From the NCBI RefSeq assembly GCF_009914755.1, contig NC_060927.1: a stretch of 64,000 bases of DNA. The stretch is one strand, 5' to 3'. A program made the position numbers and the translations under genes. Shown piece by piece: positions 31,219 through 44,641 of this stretch. Below the pieces are notes generated by a model that made no database searches, was not told where the DNA came from, and saw nothing but the letters and a program-made list of their open reading frames with translations. The DNA comes from the human T2T-CHM13v2.0 reference genome, Homo sapiens. The number at the start of each line of letters is the position of its first letter. Position 1 is the first letter of the stretch.

Positions 31219-32202
31219 TTAGGATAAATATTTATCTTAAAGCCTTTGAGCCTTTCCATTTTTTTCCACTTCAGTCTTTCTCTGGTATTTCCCCTCTGCT
31301 TCTCTGGCTTGTCTTTCCTGCACTTTTCCATTTACGACCCCATAATTCTCTGCTTATTTCTCTGTTCTCCATCTTGTTTTCTTTTCACCTACCCAAATTC
31401 TCTTTCCACTTCTCTGTCCCCTTTCTCCTTTAAATGTATTCCTCTCCTCTCTTCCTTTGAAAACTTTTATTAAATTGTTCTATGGGAAATTCTTTTTTAC
31501 ATTTGTCTATGGGCAGTAAAAACATGCCAACCATTCTTCACATTTCATGGAGCTTTCTGTAGCATTTTCCATTGTTTCCCATTTATTTTGAATTACTCTC
31601 TGACCTTAACTCTGACGCAAGTGCTCTACTAACATCACTAAAAATATTTTAATTTTCACATTCAAAGATCTCTTCTCACTCCTTGTCTTGCTGTAGCATT
31701 TTTTTTTTGGCATTTAGCCCTGTACTATATTTTGTCTTTCTTTAGTATCCTTCCCTCTTTATGTCTACAACTCTCAGCTTTCCAGTTTCCCTCCTGCTTC
31801 TCTGATCACTTCCTTCAGTATCTTTTTCTAGTCTCTTTGTTGTCTCTCTTTTGTTTGAGCCAGGATTCTCAGTTACAACAGGAAGTAAGTTTATTACATG
31901 GAAATCTGTCTAAAATAGAAATGCTAAGGAAGTTGGAGGATCAGCTGGAAAAATAGGCAGAAACAGAAGGAAGCAAGACAGCCAGTCAACAGCTAAAGCC
32001 ACGTTCCAACACTAGCTGATGAGGGCTGTTCTTCCTGCTGCTGAACTTGGGTGCCACAGCCTCCACTGCTGATGCCACTGTTGCCAAAGTCAAGGATGCA
32101 TTAGCTAGAGTCTTGTCATTGCTGCCTTTGCTACCAAATTCTCTTTTGTTCCTGTACCTTTATCTTCCCTCTCCAAATTGCAAAACTATGGAGGGTTGGT
32201 TT

Positions 32203-32885
32203 TTAAACCGTCTTTGCAGAAATTATAACAGTAAGAAAATTATGGCAGTAAAAGAGATCTATCTAACCCACCTCCCATTATGCCTTTCCCTTAATTATTC
32301 CTGGGATTTTGGGCTGAACTAACTTTGACAGACATTTAGTTAATAGTTTAAATGATAATAGGCCTTCCCCAAAACTCAACAACCTTTGTAAAGCTAATGA
32401 AAGGCCCTCAGGTTGGGGGAGGAGAGGAATCTGAATTCTGCTAAGGTATAGACATAAATGATTGCCAACCATTCCTGCAAATAATACCAGTATTGTAGAT
32501 TGGCCTTTTGAGATATCTTTTCAGGTTTTTTTGCATGTCTGACACCCATGGCTCCACCTGGACCCACCAACCCATCTCCTGTGGCCCCACTCAGAGTGAT
32601 TCAATGCACAGAAGGACAGCTTCAAACCCCTACGATTTCATCTCTGACCCAACACATCAGCAGTAAGCACCCATTACCTGGCCACCCCCACTCCTTCCCC
32701 CAAACTGCCACTGAAAAACCCCTAACTACAGGCCTTTGGGGAGATTCATCTGGGTACTAACTTTGTCTCCCACGTAGTGTAGCTGGCCTGATGTCTATTA
32801 AACTCTTCCTTTACTGCAATGCCATCATCTCTGTGAATTGATTTTGTTTGTGCAGCAAGCAGGAAGAAGCCCTCTGGCAGTTACA
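32203..32885 (+). mobile_element. ERV1 solo LTR (LTR8-like)
   Basis: aaaccgtctttgcagaaattata...ggcagttaca, TSD gttt / attt. The empty site is visible in copy A near 15245-15258. Confidence 0.75.
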
Positions 32886-33233
32886 ATTTGACTGGCCAAA
32901 CTCAGATCAAGTGTTTCACTCTAGGTGCAAGATAAATGTGAAAGTGTGTTTCTACCTCTCTGGTTTCTAGAATGGGTGGTAACTTCTTCCCACCACCAAG
33001 ACACATGTAGATGAAAAGGGGATGGCTAATAATTCTAATAAATGAGGCATATACATATTATCACCTCTGTAATACAACTTCCTTGAGTTTTTCCTTCCTC
33101 TTTGTGTACTCTCCAATTGCTAGGTCTTCCATAATGATGCCTTCATCTACTCCAAACCAAGTCATTATTTCTAGTAAGTTCCAGTAAATTCATACTACTA
33201 AGTTCATCTGACCTGGATATTCAGATGATTCTC

Positions 33234-33810
33234 TGTTTGAAATGCTTGTTCCCGTGCCATAAAGAAATAGCACTTGAACATAAATTTAATTTATTTAGTA
33301 AGGTCATTTTTACTTCCTGTAGAAACGGTACACTCACCAGCAGTTCTGCCACAAGAGTACACCAAACAAAGGAGATGCATCCTGACGCATCCACCCTACT
33401 GCTGTGTCGGGTTTCCGTGGGCTGGAACAGGACCTCACATTCTGTATTTGTCCCGATTGGCTAGCAACTTAGAACTTTTTAAAAGAGGCAAAGGTAGAGG
33501 AGAACAAAGAAAGGAGGAAGTCACTTGTGGAATGTTGAGAAAGGTAAAAACACTTTTAAATAAGGAAGAGGAACAGGCTATGACCTAACGCTTGCTTGGA
33601 CCAGTATAAGTATGCCAGGGCAAATATTTAGGCTAAATTGTGGAAGCTAAGAACATAAAGTACGTTGATTTCTTTATTATGGCTAGCAGATATTTAAGAA
33701 TGTTAGCACAGGTCTTTGAATACATTTTGCTTCTAAGAGAAGTTACTATTTATTCCTAATTAGACGGGGAGGAAAGTCTTTGAAGAGGAACCTCTGCTTT
33801 ACTTTTTACA
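33234..33810 (-). mobile_element. ERV1 solo LTR (LTR10C-like, HERV-I group)
   Basis: The minus strand starts tgtaaaaagtaaagcagaggttcctcttcaaagac, with a perfect 5-bp TSD TTCTC. Confidence 0.8.
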
Positions 33811-34289
33811 TTCTCCTTCCACAAATTTGCCAATGCATCTGAGCTCTCAATCTGCGTTTTTGATGGCCATCTGCCCAGCCCATATAATTCCATTCTCCTT
33901 CATTGGTCACCCCCTACATATCCAAAATGTCATTAAGTCCTTATGACACTACATTTTAAATTCTTTTGAATCTATTGCCTTGTCCTCCTTATCACCCCCA
34001 AAGTCATATCACACAAGGACTAAGCACTTTGCATGCATTTGAGTCACTTGGGGAGCATGTTAAAAATGGAGACTTTTAGGCCTCCTTGTTGAACTACTAT
34101 TTCTACAGTAATACCTTATAATCCATATTTTGCACAAAAAAATGTACCCAGTTTATTCTGATATATAATCTTGTCTGAGACACATTGGACAATAGTAACT
34201 AAGTTTCCTTGTTAGTGTGCCTGATTCCAGTTTCCCTTTCCTGAAGGCTATTTGGCACAGTAAAAGGTATTTAATTTTTAAAAATTTAG

Positions 34290-37200
34290 GTTTTACCAAG
34301 GTGGCCAACTAGATGGAGCTGAAGTGCTACTCCCACAGGAAAAGACAATGATTTCAACTACACCAACATAATTTGAACAGATTATTTGCAGAGAAAATGC
34401 CAAATATGGATACAGAAAAGATGCAGTTGCTGAGGCTGAAGAGGGAGGGAGCTGGGAACTCCTCATGGGATGCCTGAATGTTATAACTGGTTCCCAGCCC
34501 TGAACAGCACCTGAGGAAGCGGTGCGTGAGAGGACTGGAGGACTGCCCACTCTCACCACAAACCTCTGGGAACCTAATACAGGGGCCCCACACCCCTAGG
34601 ATGTGTGAGCTGGCAAGGGGGATCTCTCAGAGATTAGATGGAGCAGAGCACAGGTTAGCTCCAGCAGAACCCAGTCATGAAAGCCCACCAGCCAGGGCTG
34701 CCTGTCTGCCTCTGAGAAAGTCTAGCCCCAGGTAACCCCTGGGAGAAAGCAGGGCCTGCTTCCCCGTGGGCCTGGGGCACATCTGTTCTGCAGGCTGACT
34801 GAGCACCAGACCCTCCCAGAGCCCCTGCCTGGCTGCCTGGAAGGAGCAGTTACACAGTGCAACCTCCACTACCCAGCCTAGATGCTTTGCTCCACCTGAG
34901 TGCGTTCCAGCTGGGAGCCATTGCAATCACGCACCACACCTGGAACCCAACCCTGAGCATCCGAAGGAGGGAGCTGAGAACAGGTCCTGGCGCCCCAAGG
35001 ATGTGGGCTCAGGAGTGCCAAGGTGGAATCTGTGCTTTGCACTTGAAAGGAGGAGGATCCCACACTCTCTCGGAAGACTGAGAGGGCTGAGTTGCACAGA
35101 TTCGAAGGCTGGTGTGGGACCTAGCTGTGTCTGCCTCCACAGGGCTGGTCTGGTAAGGGTGCAGCCTATCTCCCTACCTGGCCTCTCCCTAAGGGAGCCC
35201 CATGGCCTGAAAGACTTAGCAACAACAATGACAACAACAAAAATCTTAGGCAGAGTGCCAGCAATCGGAGGTGACTTCCCAAGGCCCACGAGCAGACCTG
35301 GTGAGGGGATCACAGCTCTTCCCTTGCACCACAGAACAGATAAAAAAACGTGAAGATACACAAAGGAACTGCATGACTAAAGCCTGTTTACTGTCCATTG
35401 TCTTCAGGCGCCATCTGCTGGATCACATCCCTAACCACACCACCAAAAATTATTATTCTCCCTCCCGGAGAAACTAAGAGCAAGAATTCAACAGATCCTA
35501 TTCAGCAAGAGATCCTGTCTCAGCAAGAGATCCTATTCAGAGCCTTAGCCCTCTGAAAACTTCCAGAAACTAAGCCAATTTGGTATATTCACTTTATACC
35601 AAAATTAAAGGAATACCACCACTTCAAGATGATAAAGAATTAGTACATGAACTCTGGCAATTCAAAAAGCCAGAATATCCCCTTACCTCCAAATGACCTT
35701 ACTATCGCCCCAGAAATGATTCTTAACTAGCCTAAATTGTCTGAAATGACCATACATTGAATTCATAATCTGAATGGCAAGGAAGCTTATCTAGATTGAG
35801 AGAACATTGAAACTCAATCCAAAGAAGCCAGGGAATACAGTAAAATGATTCAAGAGCTAAAGGATGAAATCCCCATTTTAAGAAGGACCCAAAGTAAACT
35901 TCTGGAGCTGAAAAATTCACTATGAGAATTTCATAATATAATTGAAAGTATTGCCAGCAAAACAGATCCAGGTGAGGAAAGAATCTCAGAGCTCAAAGAC
36001 TGGGTCTTTGAATCAACTCAGTCAGACAAAAATAAAGCAAAAAGAATTAAGAAAAATGAGCAAAACCTCCAAGACATATGCTTTATGCAATAAACCAAAT
36101 CTAGAACTCATCAGCATTCCTGAGAGAAGGAGAGAGAATAAGCAACTTTGAAAAATATACTTGAGGAGATAGTCCATGAAAACTTTCCTAATCTCACCAA
36201 AGAGGTTGACATGCAAATCCAAGAAATACAGAGAATCCCAGCCAGACACTGTACAAGATGAGAATCCCCAAGACACACAGTTATCAGATTCACTAAAATC
36301 AATGCAAAAGAAATCATCTTAAAGTCAGCCAGAGATAAGCAGTAGGTCACCTACAGAAGGGACAGCATCAGGCTAGCAGTAGACCTCTCGGTAGAAACCT
36401 TACAAGCCAGAAGAGACTGAGGACCTATTTTCAGTGTCTGTAAAGAAAAGAAATTCTAACCAAGAATTTCATATCCTGACAAACTAAGCTTCATAATTGA
36501 AGAGAAATAAAATCCTCTCTGACAAGCAAATGCCAAGGTAATATATTTAAACTAGACCAGCCTTACAAGAGATCCTTAAGGGAGTGCTAAACATGGATTT
36601 GAAAGAATGACACCAGTTACCACAAAAGCACACTTAAACACATAGCCCACAGGCACTGTAAAGCAACTGCACAATAAAGTTTAAATAGCAATCAGCTAAC
36701 AAAACAATGATAGGTTCAAAATCACACATACCAATACTAACCTTGAAAGTAAATGTGCTAAACACGCCACTGAAAAGACACAGAGTGGCAGGTTGAATTA
36801 AAAGTCAAAAAACCATCTCTTGTCTTCAAGAGACCCATCTTATAGGTAATGACACCCACAGGCTCAAATTAAAAGGGCAGAGTAAGATCTACCATGCAAA
36901 CAGAAAACAAAAAAAAAGAGCAGGAGTTGTTATTCTTATATCACATAAAACAGACTTTAAACCAATAAAAATTAAGAAAGAGAATGAAGGGCATTGTATA
37001 ATGATAAAAGGTACAAACCAACAAGAAGCCTTACCTAGTCTAAATATGTATGCACCCAACATTGGAGCATCCAGATTCATAAGAAACTTCTTCTTGGCCT
37101 ACAAAAAGGCCTAGACAATCACACAATAATAGTGGGAGACTTCAACACCCACATTGAAAGTGTTAGATCATCAAGCAAAAAGCAAGCAAAGAAACTCCGG

Positions 37201-37866
37201 ACTTAAACTGAAAACTTGACCAATTAGACCTAATAGACATCTATAGAATACTTCACCCAAAAACCACAGAGTATAGATTCTTCTCATCTGCACATGGAAC
37301 ATATTCTAAGATCAACCATATACTCTGTCATAAAGCAAACCTCAATAAACCAAAAAAATGAAATTGTACAAAGTGTACTCTTGGACAACAGTGCAATAAA
37401 AAGAAAATCAGTACTAAAAAGATCTCTCAAAACGACACAAATATCTGGAAATTAAACAACTTACTCCTGAAAATTCTTGGGTGAACATCAAAATTAAAGC
37501 AGAAATAAGAAGTTCTTTAAAATAAACAAAAATAGGGACACAACTTACCGAAATCACTGGGATCCACCCAAAAAGTTTACAGCCTTAAATGCCTTCATCA
37601 AGAAGTCAGAAAGGTCTCAAATTAACAATCTAACTTTGCACCTAAAGGAACTAGAAAAACAAGAACAAACCAATTCCAAAGCCAGCACCAGAAAATAAGT
37701 AGGTGAAATTAGAGAACTTAATGAATTTGGGATGCAAAAATCCACACAAAAGGTCAATGAAACCAAGAGTTCATTCTTCAGATGAATAATTAAGACTGAT
37801 AGACCCCTAACTAGATTAACAAAGAAAAAGAGAAGATCCAAGTAGGCACAATCAGAAACGACAACA
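34290..37866 (+). mobile_element. L1P (old L1PA-like) 5'UTR, ORF1 and ORF2 endonuclease region; 3' half missing
   Basis: GC-rich 5'UTR starting caaggtggccaactag, an ORF1 remnant and the EN motif IIVGDFNT (~37126). Ends abruptly at aatcagaaacgacaa with no RT core, 3'UTR or poly(A). Confidence 0.85.
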
Positions 37867-38089
37867 TAGAGTAAAATCACACACTGTCTTTCGTATAGCA
37901 TTTGCGGTCTGGACAAGGTATTAGTGAGTGTAGGAGTCTTAACATTTCAGACCTGGGCTTCAGCTTTTCTTCACCCACAAAGCATGCTTCTCTTTTACTA
38001 TTATCAGTTATTAAAAAATTCAGTTTGGTTCTGGTTAGCTTGTATTCAAACCATAGTCCTGGGATATGGAAACCAAGGTTATTCTTTGT

Positions 38090-38310
38090 CAATCCTTATT
38101 ATGTATCAGGCATTGTTCTGGAAAAATGAAATCACCTGGAAAATGGAAAAAACTGGAAAAATGAAATCACCATTATTTTTTAAATGGAGAAGATACAGGA
38201 GAAATATTAAGGGGTGGCAATTATAGAGAAGCTCGGGTTTGGCCCGGAAAAAAATTGAGATGCCTATTAGACATTTACATAGAGATGTAAAGCAGGCAGC
38301 TGAATATACT
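38090..38310. mobile_element. L2 fragment
   Basis: ttatgtatcaggcattgttc and gagatgcctattagacat...aggcagctgaatata motifs. Confidence 0.5.
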
Positions 38311-39874
38311 AATTAATATGGTGAATCTGCTAATCTATAATCAAGGAGCTAGTTTCTGTTTTTCTCACTGCAGAACTTAAAGAAAAACAATGAAAGTTTT
38401 CTACTACTTTCATTTAAATCAGATCAATCTGCCTTTGAAAGTAATCTGATCTAGTCCAAGATAAACCCAAAGCATCCAAAAAAAGAAATCCCAGCATAAA
38501 CCTAATATAAAGATTGAAGGTGTTGGGAAGATCAGGATTAAACATGGAATCTTCCTACTTTCAGTCCCACACCTGAAGACAGAAGGAAAAAAAAAAAAGA
38601 ATGAGCGTGAGAGTTCTAAGAAAAGGAACCAAGAAAAAGACTAGGGAGAGAGACAGGAGATGAGGAAAAGAGAACTATTTAATTCAGTACAAGTGCTAGA
38701 GCTAGAGATTGGGAAAGAGAAGAAGGGGTTTAAAAGGGAAGAAAAGAGTCATAGTCACTTTCTAATGCCTTTTACCCACTAAAGTTCCCTACTACATTAA
38801 AAGTGAAAAGAAATCAAGGCTTTCATTCATGAAATTAAGAATAATGGCTTATTCCAGTTTCTTTCAATCTATTTATTATCTCAAAGTTTGCTATTAGAGG
38901 CTAGTCCCTAATATTTAATACTGATTTTTCATGTATTATATATAAATAAATAGCTTCAACAAATCTGATACAGGGGACCCAGAGACTCTTCTCTTATTTT
39001 ATTATGAAATGAAGGGGAGGGGCATCTTCATTTATTTCTCAGAACAGAAATGACTAAAATATTTCTTTTTCTGAGATTATCATCATTAGTCTTTGAAAAA
39101 ATGATCCATCCACTGAGAGTCACTGGAGACAGTATCCTGATTAATACTGTAATTCACTTGTTAACCCTGGACATACATAGAAAATTAACACTCCCTGTTC
39201 AAAGTATCATAGTGAATCTGAGAGTCTTCACTAGAGAACTTATTAAAAGTTTGATGCTTAGAGATTGGGAATTGGGAAACTTCTGTAATTGTAAATATGT
39301 ATTCATAATTTACATGCAATACTCAGCAGACATTATTAGGGAATCAGTAGGGATTTCTTAGGAAGGGTAACATTGCTGTCATCAAATGAGAACACTGTTT
39401 AAGTAATACTGAGGAGACCCAAGAGTCAATCTTGGCATGAAGGAAAGAGGATTTCTTCTCTACTCGGGCACTAAGCCAAGCTGACTGCACATTCACACAC
39501 CCTCATCTGCTATCAAGCTCATTAGAGCAAGATGCTAGCGATAATGGCTGTTCTCTGAAATTTCTTATAACTCTACTCTGTTCATTCTAATTCTTAGCAC
39601 TTATTCTTTTCCCCCACAATATCTAGCTCCATGCTCTATTGCACATCTTACTGGAGATCCCTTAGATGTGGTAGGGGATCTAACCAAATCTCCAAAGGAG
39701 TGCTCTTATTTTCCTTATCTGAATCCAAAGCTGATCACAGATTACATTAACTGAAACTTGTATCAAGAGTTCATTAGTACGTCTAATTACACCCCCCATG
39801 CCCTAATCTCCCTGAACTTATTACATACAAGAAATGGACAGGGCAGAAGTAGCCTCAATTATCAATTACGGCAA

Positions 39875-40140
39875 AAGAGGGTGCTGAAGTACATAAACTC
39901 TAGGCTTAGACTCCTGGGTTTTGAAGTCTGGCTCTACCACTTACTAACCATATAACCTTGACTAAATCAGAAACTCTCTCTGCCTCTTTCTTCGTTTGTA
40001 AGTGGGGAGGGGTGAGAATAATACCCCCTGTAGAACTGTAGAACTGTTCTGTAGAACTCTGTTATGAAGAGGTACAAGGGTGACCATTGTGAAATATGTA
40101 GGGCAGAGTCTGGCAAATAGAGCCCAGTAAATGCTAGTCA
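39875..40140 (+). mobile_element. MIR SINE
   Basis: cctgggttttgaagtctggctctaccacttactaaccatataaccttg core. Confidence 0.7.
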
Positions 40141-40312
40141 GAACACTCTAATGTTCTTGACAACACTGAAGCCTTCTTGAAAGCACACACTTATTCCAGG
40201 TCAGAGAAGAGGCTAATGACAAATGGACTTGTGGAATCTTTCATTATATATAGGTATTGAACACTCTGGTGCATAAGCAGGTTCTTTTATGACTTTCTAG
40301 AATGTTGGAGCA

Positions 40313-40485
40313 CTTTTTAAATTTCAGCTTTTATTTTAGATACAGGGGGCACATGTGCAGGTTTGTTACCTGGGGATATTGTATGATGCTGAGGTTTGGG
40401 AAATGAATCTTGTCACCTAGGTAGCGAGCATAGCACCTGATAGGTTAGCTTTTCAATCCATACTCCTCTTCTTCCCTCCCCACTG
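40313..40485 (-). mobile_element. L1PA15/16-like 3' end fragment
   Basis: ttttattttagatacagggggcacatgtgcaggtttgttac. Confidence 0.75.
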
Positions 40486-40524
40486 ACATAATTTTTTTTT
40501 ACTTGGTTGGCATTTTGTTCATTT

Positions 40525-40757
40525 AGGCTCACTGCAACCTCCGTCTCTCAGGCTCAAGCAATTCTCCTGCCTCAGCCTCCTGAGTAGCTGGTATTACAGG
40601 CGTGTGCCACCACGCCCAGCTAATTTTTGTATCTTTAGTAGAGATGGGGTTTTACTATGTTGGCCAGGCTGGTCTCGAACTCCTGACCTCAGGTAATCTG
40701 CCTGCCTCAGACTCCCAAAGTGCTAGGATTACAGGCATGAGCCACTGTGCCTGGCCG
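40525..40757 (-). mobile_element. AluS element lacking its 3' end
   Basis: ggctcactgcaacctcc...gagccactgtgcctggcc. Confidence 0.85.
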
Positions 40758-41049
40758 ACAGACCCATTCTTAAATGAGTCGTAGGTTCAGGTCATCCAAA
40801 AGGGGATATAGCAGTGCCATCTCCAAGCCACTCTCAATAAATAAAATTTAATTTCTATTTAATATAAAAATACAAATTACAAATATAATGCATAAAAAAT
40901 TATGTAAACAAAAAACAGCTTGATGAATTATTGGGGAGTGAAAACTTATGTAATAATCTTAAATATCAAGACATGGAACATTTGGTGCCCTCTAAAACTG
41001 TGTGTATTTTTAAATTGCAACCTCATTCCTTGCCTTATCATCTGCCAAA

Positions 41050-41600
41050 AATTACATTTTTCTTTCCTCATTTCTGATTCTTACACATTTTACTTATATT
41101 TCTTTTCTTTTTGTCTTATTGAATTGACTAGAATATTTAGTATAACACTGAAGTGATAAAAGCAGGCCTCCTCATGTCATACGTGATCTCAAAAGGAAAA
41201 ATTCAAAGTTTTACTATTCAGGTGATATTTTCTATAAGTTTTTGGTACTTAATTTTATTAAATAATGTATTTTCTATTAGAAGTTATTAATAATGTTATC
41301 ATATAAATGTTACTAAATGTGTCCAATATTTTTTGCATATTTTCTTTTAATTTATTAAGGAGGAAAAGTATAGTAATACATTTTCAAACACCAAAGCAGC
41401 ATTGGAAGAAACCTTGTTGGTAATATTACAGTTTTTGTATAATGCAAGGTTCAGTCTGCTGATTTTTAAGTATTTTAATGTATATGTTCATAAATGAGAC
41501 TTTCCTGTACATTTTCTCTCTCATAACCAGGTTGTGGAAACCTCATAAAATTTTGGAGGAGTCTATTCTCTTTTTGCATTTCTGTTTTCTACCAGTTTTA
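41050..41600 (-). mobile_element. Degenerate L1M ORF2 fragment
   Basis: tcttattgaattgactagaatatttagtataacactg...gatctcaaaaggaaa. Confidence 0.55.
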
Positions 41601-42539
41601 GTTTTATGATCTATGGGGAAAAGGTTGTAGACTTCTAAATGGCATCATGTTCCTCCGTTTAGAGACTTGCACTAGTAATTAAGTCAGCTTGTTTTCCCCT
41701 GGCAGAGAGAGAATCATAGAGTTTACACCTTTTAGAAGTTGGTATTGACAGTCGTTTGAGAGGTTCTATTGACAGTACCAAAGACAAGGCTGCAAACCCC
41801 TCATAGATACAATATATTCCTCTAGAGATGACCATTCTCCTTTTGTCAGTGATCTACTCTTACTGGAATGTGTCTTTGGCATTACCCATTATAAAACAGG
41901 CATTTGGGGTATTAGAATTATTTGATTGCTTTTAGTGGTGAAAGCTGGCTCCACCAAAGTACACTAACAGACTAGTCATTTACTCCTGAAGGAACTGTAT
42001 CTAGCTTCAGTAGACTTATGAATCCAAAATCACACTAGATGAAAAGGTACAGCTCAGATGTAGAGCATTTGATTGCAAAATCACACTAGTCAGTGCTGAG
42101 GGCTGGGGGGCACTGGGAGTCAGCATGAACCTTTTGCCAAAGACTCTAGTCTGCATATATAGGGATACTTTCCTTACAAAGTCATTTTGCTTTAGGATCA
42201 TATGGCCATTATGGCACTGCTTAAGATAAAGCCCTCTCTGAGGCTCTCAAAACAAGTTTTTGTTCTGTACTCAATTTAAGTATAGATTTATGTTTGCTCC
42301 CTTTATGTATCTGAACTAGTAAGAACTTCATATGTACTAATATATCCATATACTAATGCAAAAATCCAAATAGTCACACAAAGCATATGGCCTCTTTGTT
42401 ATCAGTAAGGTTGCTAATAGTAGAATTTGAAATGTATCTCATGATCTCAGCCCTTAACTAATTGAGCTGGATTTTATATTTGAACTGGATTGATAGATGA
42501 TTTTCAGTTACTCAATTCATGTATCAGGTTTGAAGTCTA

Positions 42540-44641
42540 GTACTATTTTTATGCCAAAGCTAGACAAAGACATCACAGGAAAGAAAAACTACAGACCAAT
42601 ATTTACATTGGACATAATCATAAAAATCTTTAACAAAATACTAGCAAATTAAATCCAGCACTATTTAAAGTATAATACACCATGATGAAGTGAGGCTTAT
42701 CCCAGAAATGTCAGAATATTTAATATCTGAAAATCAAATCAATTAACATAATATAATATACCAATAGAATAACGGCAAGAGACTATATTAATATCTTAGT
42801 AGAAGCATTAAAGAGTATTTGACAAAATTCAAAATATATTAAAAATTCTTAGCAAACTAAGAATAGAAGAAGACTTCCTCAATCTGATGAAGTTCACCTA
42901 TAAAAATATATACAGCCAAGACCATACTTAATAGTGAAAGAGCAAATGATTTTTACCTAAGGTCAGAAATATTCTCATTACTTTTTTTCATTAGTGTACT
43001 CAAGGTCTTGGTGCTATAAGGCAATGAGGAGAAACAAATGTAGATTGGAAAGAAAGAAGTAAAACTATCTTTATTTACATATTACATAATTGCTTAAGTA
43101 GAAATTATATAAGATATATAAAACTAGTAAGTTAATTTAATGTCACAATACTGTATAAACAAATATCAACTATTTCTACATATTAGCAACAGAAAATGAA
43201 ATTAAAAATAGAACACCATTCATAATAGCATATAAAAGTAGAAGCCATAGTACATTTAATAACAAATGTGCAAAATCTGGTACACTTAAAAAATACAAAA
43301 ATTGCTTAGGAAAATCAAGTAATATCAAAATAAAAATGTTGAAAGACTTAATATTGTTGGGATGGCAAGTCTTGTGAAATTGATCTGTAGATTCAATGCA
43401 TCCTAGTCAAATACCCAACGGGCTTTTTACAGAAGTAGAAAAACTGATTCTAAAATTTATATACCATCTGATTTTAAGACTTACTCTACAGCTACAATAA
43501 TCATTGCTACTGCAATAAGTAAAAACACACATGTATTTTAATGGAATAAGATAGCTTCCTGCAATAAATATACATTCATATTGTCAATTGATTTTTTACA
43601 AAGGCACCACGGTAATTCAATAGAGAAAGGATATACATTCCAATAAATAGTACTGGGATAACTGAGTATTCAGCTGGAAAAAAACCTAGCCTTGAAATTT
43701 TACTCACTTTGTGACCAAAAATGCATTCAAAATGGATAATGTGACCCTCATCTGATCACTATACATTGTATATATCAAAACATCACTATGTACTCCATAA
43801 ATATGAACAATTACCATGTGTCAAGTAAAAAAAAAATAAAATATGGATGATGAATTCAAAAAACATAGGAGCCCAAATCATAAAACTTTAGAAGACAATA
43901 TAGTAGAATATCTTTGTGATGTTAAGAAAATATTTTAAATAGGACATAAAAACATAAAAGAAAGGGAAAAAATGTTAAGTTGGGTTAAACTGGACTTCAT
44001 CAAAACTAAAAATTTTGTTGAAAGATTACCTTAAACATTAAAAAATATAAAAAGTCAAGTCACAGATTACAAAATATATGTCTGACAATGAGCTTGTAAC
44101 CCGAATATATAGAAAATTTTTATAACTCAATACCAGAAGGGCAAATAAATGAAAACACATGGGCAAAAGAGTTGAACAGACACTTCATAAAAGAAGATGT
44201 AGGAGAAACCAAAAGGCACTTGAAAAGATCCTCAACCCCTTGCTCATTAGGACTATGAAAAATTAGAGCCACCATTAGATATCACTATACACCCACCAGA
44301 ATAGCTAAAATTAAGGTCCAATAATAACAAGTGCTGTTACTAATGTGGAGAAACTGGAATCTTCACATAATTCTGAAAATGCAAAACTAGGACAGCCACT
44401 TTGTAAAACAAGAAGCCACTTAAAATGTATACTAAATATACATTTACCACACAAACCAACAATCCCACTTCTTGGTGTGTTACCAAGAGAAATGAAAGAT
44501 TATTTCCACACAAAAACTTGCATCTGTATGCAGATAGTAGTTTAATTCACAATAGCCCCAAATTGAAAACAACCGAAATATCCTTTCACTGGTACATGGA
44601 TAAGCAAATTGTAGCATGCCACACATACAGTGGAATATTAC
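42540..44641 (+). mobile_element. Old L1ME-like element, 5' part
   Basis: Degenerate ORF2 ending at tggaatattac; continues at ~49886. Confidence 0.75.

Noticed and set aside
34293-35477. GC-richer region with many overlapping ORFs, resembling a promoter or gene
   Set aside because: It is the 5'UTR of an L1.
37880-42500. Possible remnant of the missing OR coding exon or its 3' flank
   Set aside because: No OR motifs or convincing similarity to 16060-24400 by eye; a TBLASTN search is needed to be certain.
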